A DNA stretch of 64,000 nt, taken from NCBI RefSeq assembly GCF_057098645.1, contig NZ_CM169472.1. The stretch is one strand, 5' to 3'. This document shows positions 1 through 14,048 of this stretch, piece by piece (position 1 is the first letter of the stretch; each line of letters opens with the position of its first letter). The notes under the pieces were generated by a model. It had not been told where the DNA came from. It ran no database searches and saw only the letters and a list, made by a program, of their open reading frames with translations. The translations under genes and the position numbers were made by a program.

Positions 1-25
1 TAAATTCACGTCTTGTTAATGTCAT
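1..25 (-). CDS. torZ: TMAO reductase TorZ, 5-prime end only (runs off window)
   Basis: Reverse complement of 1-30 reads RBS GGGAGG then ATG ACA TTA ACA AGA CGT GAA = MTLTRREF, matching the remembered TorZ N-terminus; sits directly after torY as in the torYZ operon. Confidence 0.5.
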
Positions 26-49
26 AACTTCCTCCCTGATCAACGAGGA

Positions 50-1150
50 TCACTGTTTCTCGGTAATATCTTTGGCGTTGTACTGGAAATACCGCGTTAA
101 AATGTCCAGTTCGTTTTCGCTCATGCTGGTTCGTGCCCCCATTCCTTTGGCAATGGACGGCCACGCATTGACGGTGTAATGGTCGGCGGCAATAGGGGCA
201 TGACAACCAGCGCAATAGGTATCGTCAAGTTTTTCAGCGTATTGCCATAGCGGTTTACGGTCCGCTAATGCGGGATCGGTAAGCGCACCCTGTAAAGACG
301 CCTGACGCCATTGATTGCCGTATTCGTCAGCCTGCCATTCCCCGTTTACCGTGAGCGCCTTGATACCTTCTTCACTTAATGTGGCTAGCGCCAGCCGTTG
401 ACCTGCCGCCAGGTAGAGCGTGTTTTCACTGCCCTGCATTTGATAACCCTGCAACAGAACGATCGGCTGTTTGCCACTGGCATCAACGACGGTGAGATCG
501 GTACCAGGATTCACGGTAGCCAGCTCGCCTATGCGAGAAGTTTTGAAAGGATAAATATGTGCGCCATTAGTCACTGAAGTAGCGGCCTGACTTTCCAGCT
601 CATGCGCCGCGTTGTCATCCATTTTTATTTCTGGCGGAAAATGGGCAATGCCTTTATGACAATCGATACAGGTTTCGCCGCCCTTTTGTGCTTTGTTATG
701 CATTTTCTGCGCAGATTCACTTTGCGAGGCAATATCCATGGCATCAAAAGAATGGCAACTACGGCACGTTGCAGAGTCAGTTGCTTTTAATTCTTTCCAT
801 ACTGTTTCGGCCATTTCCTGGCGATGAGTTTCGAACTTATCGTCACTGTCTATTTTGCCGCTAACAAATTCATGATAAATATCTTTAGATGCTTTTAATT
901 TAGCAAATAAATAATCCATCCCTGACTTTGGAATATGGCAATCGGCACATTCCGCACGTATCCCTTTCTGGTTCGAAAAGTGGACAGTTCCCTGATATTC
1001 CTCAAAAGGTTTACTCATCGAGTGGCAGGAAAGGCAAAATGCTGTATCCGACGTTTTATGTAAGGCTTTTTGCGCCAGCAATAACCCGCCGCCACCAACC
1101 ACAACCGCTATCAGCAAAAACAATAACCCAATGCGTTTTTTCCCTCGCAT
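50..1150 (-). CDS. torY: pentahaem c-type cytochrome TorY (NapC/NirT family)
   Basis: 366-aa ORF, N-terminal membrane anchor, several CxxCH haem motifs; synteny with cutC/argS. Confidence 0.9.
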   Translation of the reverse strand: MRGKKRIGLLFLLIAVVVGGGGLLLAQKALHKTSDTAFCLSCHSMSKPFEEYQGTVHFSNQKGIRAECADCHIPKSGMDYLFAKLKASKDIYHEFVSGKIDSDDKFETHRQEMAETVWKELKATDSATCRSCHSFDAMDIASQSESAQKMHNKAQKGGETCIDCHKGIAHFPPEIKMDDNAAHELESQAATSVTNGAHIYPFKTSRIGELATVNPGTDLTVVDASGKQPIVLLQGYQMQGSENTLYLAAGQRLALATLSEEGIKALTVNGEWQADEYGNQWRQASLQGALTDPALADRKPLWQYAEKLDDTYCAGCHAPIAADHYTVNAWPSIAKGMGARTSMSENELDILTRYFQYNAKDITEKQ

Positions 1151-1461
1151 AGATTCCTCTTATTAAATTACTGGACACCGAAATCATTGTATAATTAAAT
1201 ATACAACGAATTGACCGTTTGCTTAATTCGGCACAACACTGCCTGAAATAATCAATAAAGAATATGATTTATTACAATGTAATCATTAATTGCTAAGGAA
1301 TAACCCAGCTGTTATTTATAATATATATTTGTCAGTTTTAGCAATTTAAATCACATAATTAATGTGAATATATACAATATTTTTAGCACAACGCTATGCG
1401 CACTGTCACCCGCTCAACACATCACGGCAGTCGTTCGTTTTTTATACTGTTCAGGGATAAA

Positions 1462-1493
1462 AAAAGGCCCCTGTTGAAATTGCAGGGGCCTGG
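1462..1493 (-). terminator. GC-rich hairpin plus A/T run downstream of cutC
   Basis: aaaaaaggcccctg ... caggggcc inverted repeat. Confidence 0.4.
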
Positions 1494-1537
1494 TACGAGC
1501 AAGCATCATATTGGGCGACATGATGCAACGGTAAAAA

Positions 1538-2293
<756 letters not shown>

Positions 2294-2297
2294 TTAA

Positions 2298-2864
2298 TTA
2301 CGCCGACTGCTCGCTGGCAACGATCTCTTCAATGGACCACGGATGAAACTTAATAGTTGTTTTGCCATCGGTGACCGCCAGCGTCGGATTCGGTAATCGC
2401 TCATGCTCACCTTTTGGCGAACTGGTTTTCACTGAGATCCCCGGTAGGCTGAGTCCTTCATCAGAAAGCAATGCCAGCGCACGGGCATTCAGCGTTTCTG
2501 GATCACCTGGCAGAACGATTTCAATATGTTCCCAACCTTCGTGTGGGTAACGTTTTTCCCCGGGCCACGGTAGCTCCACAATAGAAAACTGCCAGTGAGC
2601 AACCTGTACCGGTTCATGCAATTTAAACAGACAAATCGGTCTGCCATTGATCATATTTTCTGACAAAAGCTCGCCGCACTGTTCAAACCCGCGACGCCAG
2701 CGTTCAGCGGTGGCGTTTTGATGGCAACGCAAGGAAATGTGATCGGCAGTCAACGGAGTGATATTCAACCCCAGACGGCGGGAAAGTTCATCTAATGCGT
2801 GGGTAAATCGCGGTAAATCCGATGCAATATCCTGCAGCTCGTCGATAGATTGCCAGTTCGCCAT
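2298..2864 (-). CDS. yecM: YecM (VOC-family protein)
   Basis: ORF matches YecM; start set at internal Met for the 188-aa K-12 length. Confidence 0.85.
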   Translation of the reverse strand: MANWQSIDELQDIASDLPRFTHALDELSRRLGLNITPLTADHISLRCHQNATAERWRRGFEQCGELLSENMINGRPICLFKLHEPVQVAHWQFSIVELPWPGEKRYPHEGWEHIEIVLPGDPETLNARALALLSDEGLSLPGISVKTSSPKGEHERLPNPTLAVTDGKTTIKFHPWSIEEIVASEQSA

Positions 2865-3079
2865 AATCACTCTTCGTCTTTCAGTAAAAGCGTTAATTTA
2901 CCCTGTTGCCCTGTGCCAACCAACCGCTGATTTCACGCCGCTTCTGATGCAATAGTGAAAACGGCAATACGCCACGCGCACGTTGCTGACGAAAACAGCC
3001 ATTTGCAGTATACTCCCGCCCTAATTTCTTTAACTGGTGCGGGCAATTTTTGCTCGCTTCATCAATGTAAGGTATTCCG

Positions 3080-4813
3080 GTGAATATTCAGGCTCTTCTC
3101 TCAGAAAAAGTCCGTCAGGCCATGATTGCGGCAGGCGCGCCTGCGGATTGCGAACCGCAGGTTCGTCAGTCAGCAAAAGTTCAGTTCGGCGACTATCAGG
3201 CTAACGGCATGATGGCAGTTGCTAAAAAACTGGGTATGGCACCGCGACAATTAGCAGAGCAGGTGCTGACTCATCTGGATCTTAACGGTATCGCCAGCAA
3301 AGTTGAGATCGCCGGTCCAGGCTTTATCAACATTTTCCTTGATCCGGCATTCCTGGCTGAACATGTTCAGCAGGCGCTGGCGTCCGATCGTCTCGGTGTT
3401 GCTACGCCAGAAAAACAGACCATTGTGGTTGACTACTCTGCGCCAAACGTGGCGAAAGAGATGCACGTCGGTCACCTGCGCTCTACCATTATTGGTGACG
3501 CAGCAGTGCGTACTCTGGAGTTCCTCGGTCACAAAGTGATTCGCGCAAACCACGTCGGCGACTGGGGCACTCAGTTCGGTATGCTGATTGCATGGCTGGA
3601 AAAGCAGCAGCAGGAAAACGCCGGTGAAATGGAGCTGGCTGACCTTGAAGGTTTCTACCGCGATGCGAAAAAGCATTACGACGAAGATGAAGAGTTTGCC
3701 GAGCGTGCACGTAACTACGTGGTAAAACTGCAAAGCGGTGACGAATATTTCCGCGAGATGTGGCGCAAACTGGTCGACATCACCATGACGCAGAACCAGA
3801 TCACCTACGATCGTCTCAACGTGACGCTGACCCGTGATGACGTGATGGGTGAAAGCCTCTACAACCCAATGCTGCCGGGTATCGTGGCGGACCTGAAAGC
3901 CAAAGGTCTGGCAGTAGAAAGTGAAGGCGCGACCGTCGTATTCCTTGATGAGTTCAAAAACAAGGAAGGCGAACCGATGGGCGTGATCATTCAGAAGAAA
4001 GATGGCGGCTATCTCTACACCACCACTGATATCGCCTGTGCGAAATATCGTTATGAAACACTGCATGCCGATCGCGTGCTGTATTACATCGACTCCCGTC
4101 AGCATCAACACCTGATGCAGGCATGGGCGATCGTCCGTAAAGCAGGCTATGTACCGGAATCCGTACCGCTGGAACACCACATGTTCGGCATGATGCTGGG
4201 TAAAGACGGCAAACCGTTCAAAACCCGCGCGGGTGGTACAGTGAAACTGGCCGATCTGCTGGATGAAGCCCTGGAACGTGCACGCCGTCTGGTGGCAGAA
4301 AAGAACCCGGATATGCCAGCCGACGAGCTGGAAAAACTGGCTAACGCGGTTGGTATTGGTGCGGTGAAATATGCGGATCTCTCCAAAAACCGCACCACGG
4401 ACTACATCTTCGACTGGGACAACATGCTGGCGTTTGAGGGTAATACCGCGCCATACATGCAGTATGCATACACGCGTGTATTGTCCGTGTTCCGTAAAGC
4501 AGAAATTAACGAAGAGCAACTGGCTGCAGCTCCGGTTATCATCCGTGAAGATCGTGAAGCGCAACTGGCAGCTCGCCTGCTGCAGTTTGAAGAAACCCTC
4601 ACCGTGGTTGCCCGTGAAGGCACGCCGCATGTAATGTGTGCTTACCTGTACGATCTGGCCGGTCTGTTCTCTGGCTTCTACGAGCACTGCCCGATCCTCA
4701 GCGCAGAAAACGAAGAAGTGCGTAACAGCCGTCTGAAACTGGCACAACTGACAGCGAAGACGCTGAAGCTGGGTCTGGATACGCTGGGTATTGAGACTGT
4801 AGAGCGTATGTAA
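3080..4813 (+). CDS. argS: arginine--tRNA ligase
   Basis: 577-aa ORF, GTG start, class I aaRS HVGH motif present. Confidence 0.95.
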
Positions 4814-4834
4814 TCGATTTTTCGTGAGAGTGAA

Positions 4835-4868
4835 GCCTGATCAGGGTTAGCCGATCAGGCTTTTTTAT
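4835..4868 (+). terminator. rho-independent terminator of argS
   Basis: gcctgatc ... gatcaggc stem followed by TTTTTT. Confidence 0.7.
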
Positions 4869-4989
4869 TGCCATCTAAATGTATTCTGAAAACGGACATG
4901 CCATCGTTTTCTCACTGTTGAGTAAGAGGCCAGAAGCGTAATATCCAGGCCCAGGAAAACGATAACGGTTCAATTTAAGGAATACCGCA

Positions 4990-5478
4990 GTGTTTAAATT
5001 TCTTGTATTAACATTAGGCATTATCTCTTGCCAGGCTTACGCAGAAGATACGGTTATAGTAAATGATCATGACATTTCAGCCATCAAAGATTGTTGGCAA
5101 AAAAATTCAGATGATGATACTGACATTAACGTGATCAAATCATGTCTGCGACAAGAATACAACCTCGTCGATGCGCAATTAAATAAAGCTTATGGTGAAG
5201 CTTATCGTTATATAGAACAAGTGCCACGCACAGGTGCAAAAAAACCTGATACCGAACAACTTAACTTGCTTAAAAAATCACAACGAGCCTGGCTGGATTT
5301 TAGGGACAAAGAATGTGAATTAATCCTTTCAAATGAGGATGTTCAGGATTTAAGTGACCCTTATTCTGAATCAGAATGGCTATCATGTATGATCATACAG
5401 ACCAATACGCGAACTCGCCAGTTGCAGCTATACCGTAACTCTGAAGATTTTTATCCAAGCCCTTTGACAAGAGGATAA
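4990..5478 (+). CDS. yecT: YecT, secreted protein of unknown function
   Basis: 162-aa ORF with signal peptide; position between argS and flhE. Confidence 0.75.
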   Translation: MFKFLVLTLGIISCQAYAEDTVIVNDHDISAIKDCWQKNSDDDTDINVIKSCLRQEYNLVDAQLNKAYGEAYRYIEQVPRTGAKKPDTEQLNLLKKSQRAWLDFRDKECELILSNEDVQDLSDPYSESEWLSCMIIQTNTRTRQLQLYRNSEDFYPSPLTRG

Positions 5479-5599
5479 TTCACATCTTTTTGGCATGTTT
5501 TGTTGCAAGCTATTCCTGATAAATAATTGCAACAAAACATCGAGCCTTTTTCGCTGAGTTATTAAACATGCTCGCGAGCGCGTAATTTTTATTTGTCCT

Positions 5600-5992
5600 T
5601 CAGCGATAATTCACAATCACTTCATTACGTTGTACTCTTAGCGGCGGAATTAACCGCCCACCGCCAGGCACTTCCCAGATAAAGCGCAACGGTTCTGCCG
5701 TCGGTATACCGGAAAAGGCCACGGTGGTTCCGCTCTGCCCATCTAATTCGACACAACGAGATTGTGAACACAAGCGAACCCGCAGTCCTGCTGGTGTCGG
5801 GCCGATAAGCTGATAACGCCACGCCACCAGCGTCATCAATCCTGAAGCAGGTTGTCGCGAAGAAAGAGGCGCAGAAGACATCGACTCACCGCGATGATTT
5901 AGCGTAATTCCTACACTACTTGCCTGCCACATCCCCTCCCCGGCGGCTTGCGCCATCACCGGAAACAACAGCATAGCCAATAAGGTTCTCAT
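5600..5992 (-). CDS. flhE: flagellar protein FlhE
   Basis: 130-aa ORF with signal peptide, immediately downstream of flhA. Confidence 0.9.
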   Translation of the reverse strand: MRTLLAMLLFPVMAQAAGEGMWQASSVGITLNHRGESMSSAPLSSRQPASGLMTLVAWRYQLIGPTPAGLRVRLCSQSRCVELDGQSGTTVAFSGIPTAEPLRFIWEVPGGGRLIPPLRVQRNEVIVNYR

Positions 5993-8070
5993 TATTTACC
6001 GCCAATCGTCGCCGTCATTCGGATATGTCGGTTATCTGATAGTTCCAGATTCGACAGCACCACTAACTGCGGCAAACTGCGGCGCAGAAAGCGAGACAAT
6101 AATGGTCGCAGCGCGTGGTTCACCAAAAATACTGGCGGCGCACCCAACATCTCCTGACGGGATAGCGCTTCCTGAGTTTGCGCCAGCAAACGATCCGCCA
6201 ACCCTGGCTCCAATCCGCCCCCGCCCTGCAACGCCTGTAGCAACAAACGTTCCAGCGGTGTATCGAGGCCAATAACATGGACTTCATCTTTGCCAGGAAA
6301 CCACTGCTGGGTAATCGCCCGTCCCAACGCCACGCGCACGACGGCGGTTAATTCATGTGGATCACTTTGGATGGGTGCATGTTCCGCCAGCGTTTCGAGA
6401 ATGGTGCGCATATCGCGAATCGGTACTTTTTCATCGAGGAGATTTTGCAGCACTTTATGCAGTGTGGTGAGCGTGACGACGCCAGGAACGAGATCTTCCG
6501 TCAGCTTTGGCATCTCCTGGGCGACGCGATCCAGCAGCTGTTGCGCCTCCTGACGACCAAACAGCTCTGCGGCATGCTGGCTAATGAGGTGGTTAAGATG
6601 CGTTGCTACCACCGTGCTGGCCTCAACCACGGTGTACCCCTGAATCTGCGCCTGTTCTTTTAGCGCACTTTCAATCCAGATAGCATTCAGGCCAAATGCC
6701 GGATCGATGGTCGCCTCACCAGGTAACGTCCCGGCAGCGGTTCCAGGATTAATCGCCAACCAACGCCCCGGATAAGCATCACCACTGCCTATCTCCACGC
6801 CTTTCATCAAAATGCGATAGCGGGCAGGTTGCAGATCCATATTGTCGCGAATGTGCACCACTGGCGGCAGAAATCCCATCTCCTGGGCAAATTTCTTGCG
6901 AATACTGCGTATACGGCCCAACAACTCACCATCCTGCTGGAAATCGACCATCGGGATCAGTCGATAACCCACTTCCATTCCCAGAGAATCTTCCAGTTGT
7001 ACATCGTTCCACGTCGCTTCGACAACGGCATTATTCTCTGCCATTTTTACCGGTTTGGGTTCGGCAGGCGCTTTTTGTTCGCGTCCGCGGATCCACCAGG
7101 CCAGCCCCAGCAATCCAGCAGTGAACAGCAAAAATACCAGGTTCGGCATTCCAGGCACCAGGCCGAGTAAACCGAGCACGGCGGCGCTTAACAACATAAC
7201 GCTTGGGTTACTGAAAAGCTGATTCACCATCTGCTCGCCAACATCCTGATCGGTGCTGACACGCGTAACAATGACCCCCGCGGCGGTAGAAATCACCAGC
7301 GCCGGGATTTGTGCCACCAGACCGTCACCAATGGTCAATAGCGTATAACTTTCCGCCGCGTGTCCCATGCTCATGCCATGTTGCAGCACGCCGACCAGCA
7401 ACCCGCCGACAACGTTAATGACCATGATGAGGATCCCGGCGATGGCATCGCCGCGAACAAACTTACTTGCCCCGTCCATTGAGCCGTAAAAATCGGCTTC
7501 CTGAGTCACTTCGGAGCGGCGTTTTTTCGCCTCATCTTCACCAATCAATCCGGCGTTAAGGTCGGCGTCAATCGCCATCTGCTTACCCGGCATACCATCG
7601 AGAACAAAGCGCGCACCCACTTTTGCGATACGCCCGGCACCTTTGGTAATGACCATAAAGTTGATGATCACGAGAATGACAAACACCACGATACCGATAG
7701 CGAAATTGCCACCAACGAGGAAGTGACCGAACGCTTCGACCACCTTCCCTGCCGCCGCTGCGCCGGTATGCCCTTCCATCAAAATGATACGGGTTGAAGC
7801 CACGTTAAGTGCCAGACGCAACAGCGTGGTAAACAACAGAATGGTCGGAAACGCAGCAAACTCAAGCGTGCGCTGGGTAAACATCGCCACCAGCAACACC
7901 ATGATCGACAAGGCAATATTGAAGGTAAACAACAGGTCGAGTATGAATGCGGGCAGTGGCAGCACCATCATCGACAAGATCAACAGGATCAAAATCGGTC
8001 CAGCAAGGATCTGCCATTGTGTCGATTTCAGGTTTGCGGGCAGGCGCAGCATCGCGGCCAGATTACTCAT
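5992..8070 (-). CDS. flhA: flagellar export apparatus protein FlhA
   Basis: ORF matches FlhA; start set at MSNLAAMLRLP giving exactly 692 aa. Confidence 0.9.
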   Translation of the reverse strand: MSNLAAMLRLPANLKSTQWQILAGPILILLILSMMVLPLPAFILDLLFTFNIALSIMVLLVAMFTQRTLEFAAFPTILLFTTLLRLALNVASTRIILMEGHTGAAAAGKVVEAFGHFLVGGNFAIGIVVFVILVIINFMVITKGAGRIAKVGARFVLDGMPGKQMAIDADLNAGLIGEDEAKKRRSEVTQEADFYGSMDGASKFVRGDAIAGILIMVINVVGGLLVGVLQHGMSMGHAAESYTLLTIGDGLVAQIPALVISTAAGVIVTRVSTDQDVGEQMVNQLFSNPSVMLLSAAVLGLLGLVPGMPNLVFLLFTAGLLGLAWWIRGREQKAPAEPKPVKMAENNAVVEATWNDVQLEDSLGMEVGYRLIPMVDFQQDGELLGRIRSIRKKFAQEMGFLPPVVHIRDNMDLQPARYRILMKGVEIGSGDAYPGRWLAINPGTAAGTLPGEATIDPAFGLNAIWIESALKEQAQIQGYTVVEASTVVATHLNHLISQHAAELFGRQEAQQLLDRVAQEMPKLTEDLVPGVVTLTTLHKVLQNLLDEKVPIRDMRTILETLAEHAPIQSDPHELTAVVRVALGRAITQQWFPGKDEVHVIGLDTPLERLLLQALQGGGGLEPGLADRLLAQTQEALSRQEMLGAPPVFLVNHALRPLLSRFLRRSLPQLVVLSNLELSDNRHIRMTATIGGK

Positions 8071-9210
8071 GGGTCGGTTTCTCGTTAATAAAATCCAGGG
8101 CTTCCGGCACCGGAAGATGAGTAGGTTGTACAGGGCGCTGTCCACCAGCCAGACGCCAGCGTTTCAGTTGCCAGACCCAGGCCAGCACTTCCGCCACCGC
8201 GGCGTACAGTTGACCCGGGATTTGTTGACCAATCTCCGCATGTCGATACAGCGCTCGCGCCAGCGGCGGCGCTTCAAGCGTCGGGACGTTATTTTCAGCG
8301 CCAATTTCACGAATGCGCAGCGCGACCAGCCCTGCACCTTTAGCGACCACTTTCGGTGCGCTCATTTTGTTTTCGTCATACTGCAACGCTACCGAATAGT
8401 GGGTCGGGTTATTGACAATGACATCCGCTTTCGGCACATCGGCCATCATCCGACGCCGTGCGGCAGCTCGCTGCATCTGACGGATCCGTCCTTTAACATG
8501 GGGGTCGCCTTCGCTTTGTTTGAACTCATCACGAATATCCTGCCGCGACATTCGCAGCTTTTTCAGGTGGCTGAAGATTTGGAAAAAGACGTCAAATCCC
8601 ACCATTGGAATGACACCAAGCACCACCAGCAGTGCGCATAGCCCTACCAAATCCATCGCATTACCCATGGCGGTAATCGGAGACTCGGCCATTAAGCGCA
8701 TCATCTGCGGCCAGTGATGCCAGAGAAAAAACCCCGTCACGCTGCCAACCAGGATGGTTTTCAAAATTGCTTTAAGCAACTCCGCGCCAGTCTGTGCCGA
8801 GAACATCCGTTTTATGCCCGGTAGCGGGTTGAGTTTGGAAAACTTCGGCTGCAAGGATTTTCCGCTAAATACCAGCCCCCCAGCATAACCGGAGAAATGA
8901 GCGCCACCAGCACCACGCCGCTAATCAGCGGTAGCAGCGCCAGCATGGCTTCTCTGATCAGCAGAATAATTTGCCCGAGGATCAGATTCGGGTCTTTGAT
9001 AATACTGTGATCAAAATGCAGCCCAGCGGAGAGCATGCCCGACAATCGACGGGCCAGCGATACACCGCCAAACCAGATAACACTAACGCCCACCAGCAAA
9101 ATCAGCAGTGAGGTCAGTTCACGGGAACGCGGGATTTGCCCCTCTTCCCGCGCTTTTTCTAGTCGGTGAGGAGTGGGGGCTTCTGTTTTGTCGTCGCTCT
9201 CGTCAGACAC
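8063..9210 (-). pseudogene. flhB: flagellar export protein FlhB, frameshifted (1-nt deletion in a C/G homopolymer at 8876-8881)
   Basis: Two overlapping ORFs (8812-9210 N-terminal, 8063-8854 C-terminal) in different frames together cover FlhB; total span is 1148 nt, one short of the 382-aa frame. Confidence 0.85.
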
Positions 9211-9411
9211 GTCGCCAATCCTGGAAAGAGTATTAAGCGTAAATGATGCCAGAGCGCAAAGCGTTCAATGGTTTGAGTAAGGGGCAAAACAGGCGGGATT
9301 TAGGGCTTTTGCTGCCACACATCAAGCATAGTGTGCGTTTGTCGGATGCGGCGTCATCGCCTTATCAGACCGCCTGATATGACGTGGTCACGCCACATCA
9401 GGCAATACAAA

Positions 9412-10056
9412 TCAAAATCCAAGACTATCCAACAAATCGTCCACCTGATCCTGACTGGCTACCACACCGGCTTTGCTGGTATCGACCTGAGGTCCATTAA
9501 GCAAACTCTGGTTTTCACGTTTTGGACGCGACTCCTGTTCCGGGATGTTTTCCAACAGCACCATCAGCAACTGGCGTTCGATCTCCTGAATGACATCCAT
9601 CATCCGCTTAATGACCTGCCCGGTGAGATCCTGAAAATCCTGCGCCATCATGATTTCCAGCAGTTGCGCGTTAGTAAAGCTGGTATGCGCGGGTACATCT
9701 GCCAGAAATTGTCGCGTATCTGTTACCAATTCACGGGCGTCGGCAAGGTCAATCGGATCGGCAAACCAGTCATCCCAACGTTGGGTTAACGCTTTTGCTG
9801 ATTTCTCCATTTGATCCTGATGCGGTTGTGACGCCTCAACACTGTTCAGCGCCCGCTCCGCAGCCTGGGCGGTCATCTGCACAACATAGTACAAACGATC
9901 GCGCGCATCGGGGATGGCTTCCGCCGCTTCGGCAATGGCCTGATCCAGTCCCAGTTCCCGCAAACTGTCGCGCAGCATACGCGTCAGGCTGCCGATGCGC
10001 GCAATGATATCGCCAGCTGAATGCTCGTCAGCAGGTTTGATTGATGGTTGCATCAT
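9412..10056 (-). CDS. cheZ: chemotaxis phosphatase CheZ
   Basis: Matches CheZ; start at MMQPSIKP gives 214 aa. Confidence 0.9.
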
Positions 10057-10066
10057 AGTCGCATCC

Positions 10067-11520
<1,454 letters not shown>

Positions 11521-11522
11521 CG

Positions 11523-12383
11523 TTAATCCTTACTTAGCGCATACACCGTCTGACCACGCAGCGTGAAGCGGCGCTCAAGGTGGCTAAAGTTTTCAGAGTG
11601 ACCCGCAAACAGCAATCCGTCGGGTTTAAGGAGCGGAACAAAGCGGCGCAAAATCTCCTGCTGGGTAGTTTGATCGAAGTAGATCATGACGTTACGACAG
11701 AAGATCGCATCAAACGGCCCCGGCACGGTGTACTGTTTCGCCAGTAAATTCAGCGGGGCAAAATCAACATAGTTCGCCAGCTCCTGACGCACGCGTACCA
11801 GCCCTTCATGCGGTCCCGTCCCTCGCATGAAATACCGTTGCAGTTGCTGCGGCGTCAGGTTTTTCAACTCTTCATGGCGATAGATACCGCTTCTGGCTTT
11901 TTCCAGCACTTCGGTGTCGATATCACTGGCAAACACTTTCCAGCGTCCGGGCGCGGTGCCCAATGTGTCAGCCAGCGTCATCGCAATGCTGTACGGCTCT
12001 TCGCCGGTCGAAGCCGCCGCGCTCCATACGCGATACTCGCCAGAACGGCGACGTGCGTGATCCGCGAGCAGAGGGAAATGATGTGCCTCACGGAAAAATG
12101 CCGTCAGATTCGTGGTCAGCGAATTGATAAACGCCTGCCACTCACCGCTGTGCTGATTAGACTCCAGCAAGTTCAGATAATGACCGAAATCCGTCAGTCC
12201 CAGCGAACGCAAACGACGAACCAGTCGGTTGTAAACCATGTCGCGTTTATGGTCAGCCAGAACGATCCCGGCTCGTTGATAGATCAATTGACTTATCCGC
12301 CGAAAATGCGCGTCGGAAAGCGCCAGGCGCTCGGTCATCTGTAACAATAAAGACGTTTGCCCACAGGGCAGAGATGAAGTCAT
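11523..12383 (-). CDS. cheR: chemotaxis methyltransferase CheR
   Basis: 286-aa ORF matching CheR. Confidence 0.9.
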
Positions 12384-12401
12384 AGCGCCTTCTCAATCAC
12401 T

Positions 12402-14003
12402 TCAGGATACCACTGGCGCAATTTGTAACTGCGCCGACTCATGTCGTGCTACTTCATGTTCTTCAAGGGTAAATACCGCCACACGCGACGAAAGATGGTC
12501 GGCCTGATTCGCCAGTTGTTCCGTTGCCACCGCCGCTTCTTCTACCAGCGAGGCGTTCTGCTGAGTCACCTGATCCATCTGGCTGACAGCCTGTGCAACC
12601 TGCTCAATCCCCCGCCGTTGTTCTTCCGACGCCGAAGCAATTTCTCCCATAATGTCGTTCACGCGGGTCACCGAACTGACAATATCGGTCATGGTCGCGG
12701 CGGCGTTATTCACCAGTTTCGAACCCTGCTGGACACGATTGACTGACTCTTCGATCAGCCCTTTGATCTCTTTTGCTGCCTGCGCGCTACGGCTGGCAAG
12801 ATTGCGCACTTCACCTGCCACTACCGCAAAACCACGCCCCTGCTCTCCGGCGCGAGCCGCTTCCACTGCCGCATTCAGGGCCAGAATATTGGTCTGGAAA
12901 GCAATTCCGTCGATAACGCTGATAATGTCGCCAATTTTTTGCGAGCTGGTGGCGATCTCCTGCATGGTGTGAGTCATGGTACTGACCTGAACACCGCCCG
13001 CCTGCGCCGTTGTCGCGGCATTTTTTGCCAGTTCCGACGCCTGTCGTGCGTTATCGGCGTTTTGCCCTACCGTGGCGGTTAATTGCTCCATACTGGCGGC
13101 CGTTTGTGCCAGCGATGCCGCCTGCTGTTCGGTACGACTTGAGAGATCGTTATTGCCTGCGACAATCTCCGCGATACCAATGTGCATCTCCTGGCTTCCC
13201 TTACGCACATCACTCACCGTCCCACGCAAAGCCTGCTGCATGGTCTTCAGGCTGGCAAAAATGGCGGTGATCTCATTACGGCCATATACCGCAATCGGAC
13301 GCGCCAGATTACCCGCAGCAATGCTGTCAAAATGGCTACCGATAATGGCCAGTGGTTGAACAATCATCTTGCGCGTCCACCACAGCGCACTGCTGATGTA
13401 GATCGCCGCAACAATAATCATGCTGATAAACACCAGCGCCGAAATCTGATAGTTACGCTGGCTTTGCGCACTGGCGGCTTCCAGCACATGGTTGATCTCC
13501 AGCTGCCAGGCCTCAAAGTTAACGTCAAAGGCATTCTGTGATCCCTGCACCGGCGCAGTGAGGAAATCCGAAAGTTGATTACTTTCAAGCTAGGTCGCCT
13601 GATGTTCGAGATCGTTGTGCCAGCGGGCAAAACTTTTCTCCGTCTCTTTTTGCAATGCCCTGACGTGCTCGTTGCCCGCAGTCATCGCCATAAAACTTTT
13701 AAACAGCGTGGTGGATTGCGTCAGACTGGCGCGCGCCGTCGTCATCAACGTTTTAATGTCATCCGCCGGATAGCTAAGCGCTGTCAGTGTGCCTGCTTTG
13801 TTCAGCGCGGTACTGGCCTGTAACATTACCGCCCGAGTTTGCGCTAATGCCGCACGTTGCTGATTGCTCTGCTCGACCTGATTCAGTCGTTGCAAATCGT
13901 CGCGAAATGCCCAAAAAGACATGCCGTTACTGCCAATCTGCAAGATCCCGCAGAGAATCAAAATTAAAAACAGCGTGGTCGAAATTCGAATACGATTAAA
14001 CAT
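12402..14003 (-). pseudogene. tap: methyl-accepting chemotaxis protein IV (Tap) with in-frame amber codon at 13590-13592
   Basis: N-terminal 137 codons end ...NDLEHQAT then TAG; same frame continues LESNQLSDFL... into the 382-aa C-terminal ORF; total equals 533-aa Tap. Confidence 0.85.
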
Positions 14004-14048
14004 CAACGCTCCCCATCAGGCGGCAATGACCGCGTTAGTAAATACTCG

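Noticed and set aside
3251-4747. 498-aa ORF on the minus strand
   Set aside because: Entirely antisense to argS, whose identity is unambiguous; it is a stop-free shadow frame
7784-8641. 285-aa plus-strand ORF
   Set aside because: Antisense to the flhA/flhB junction; no independent support
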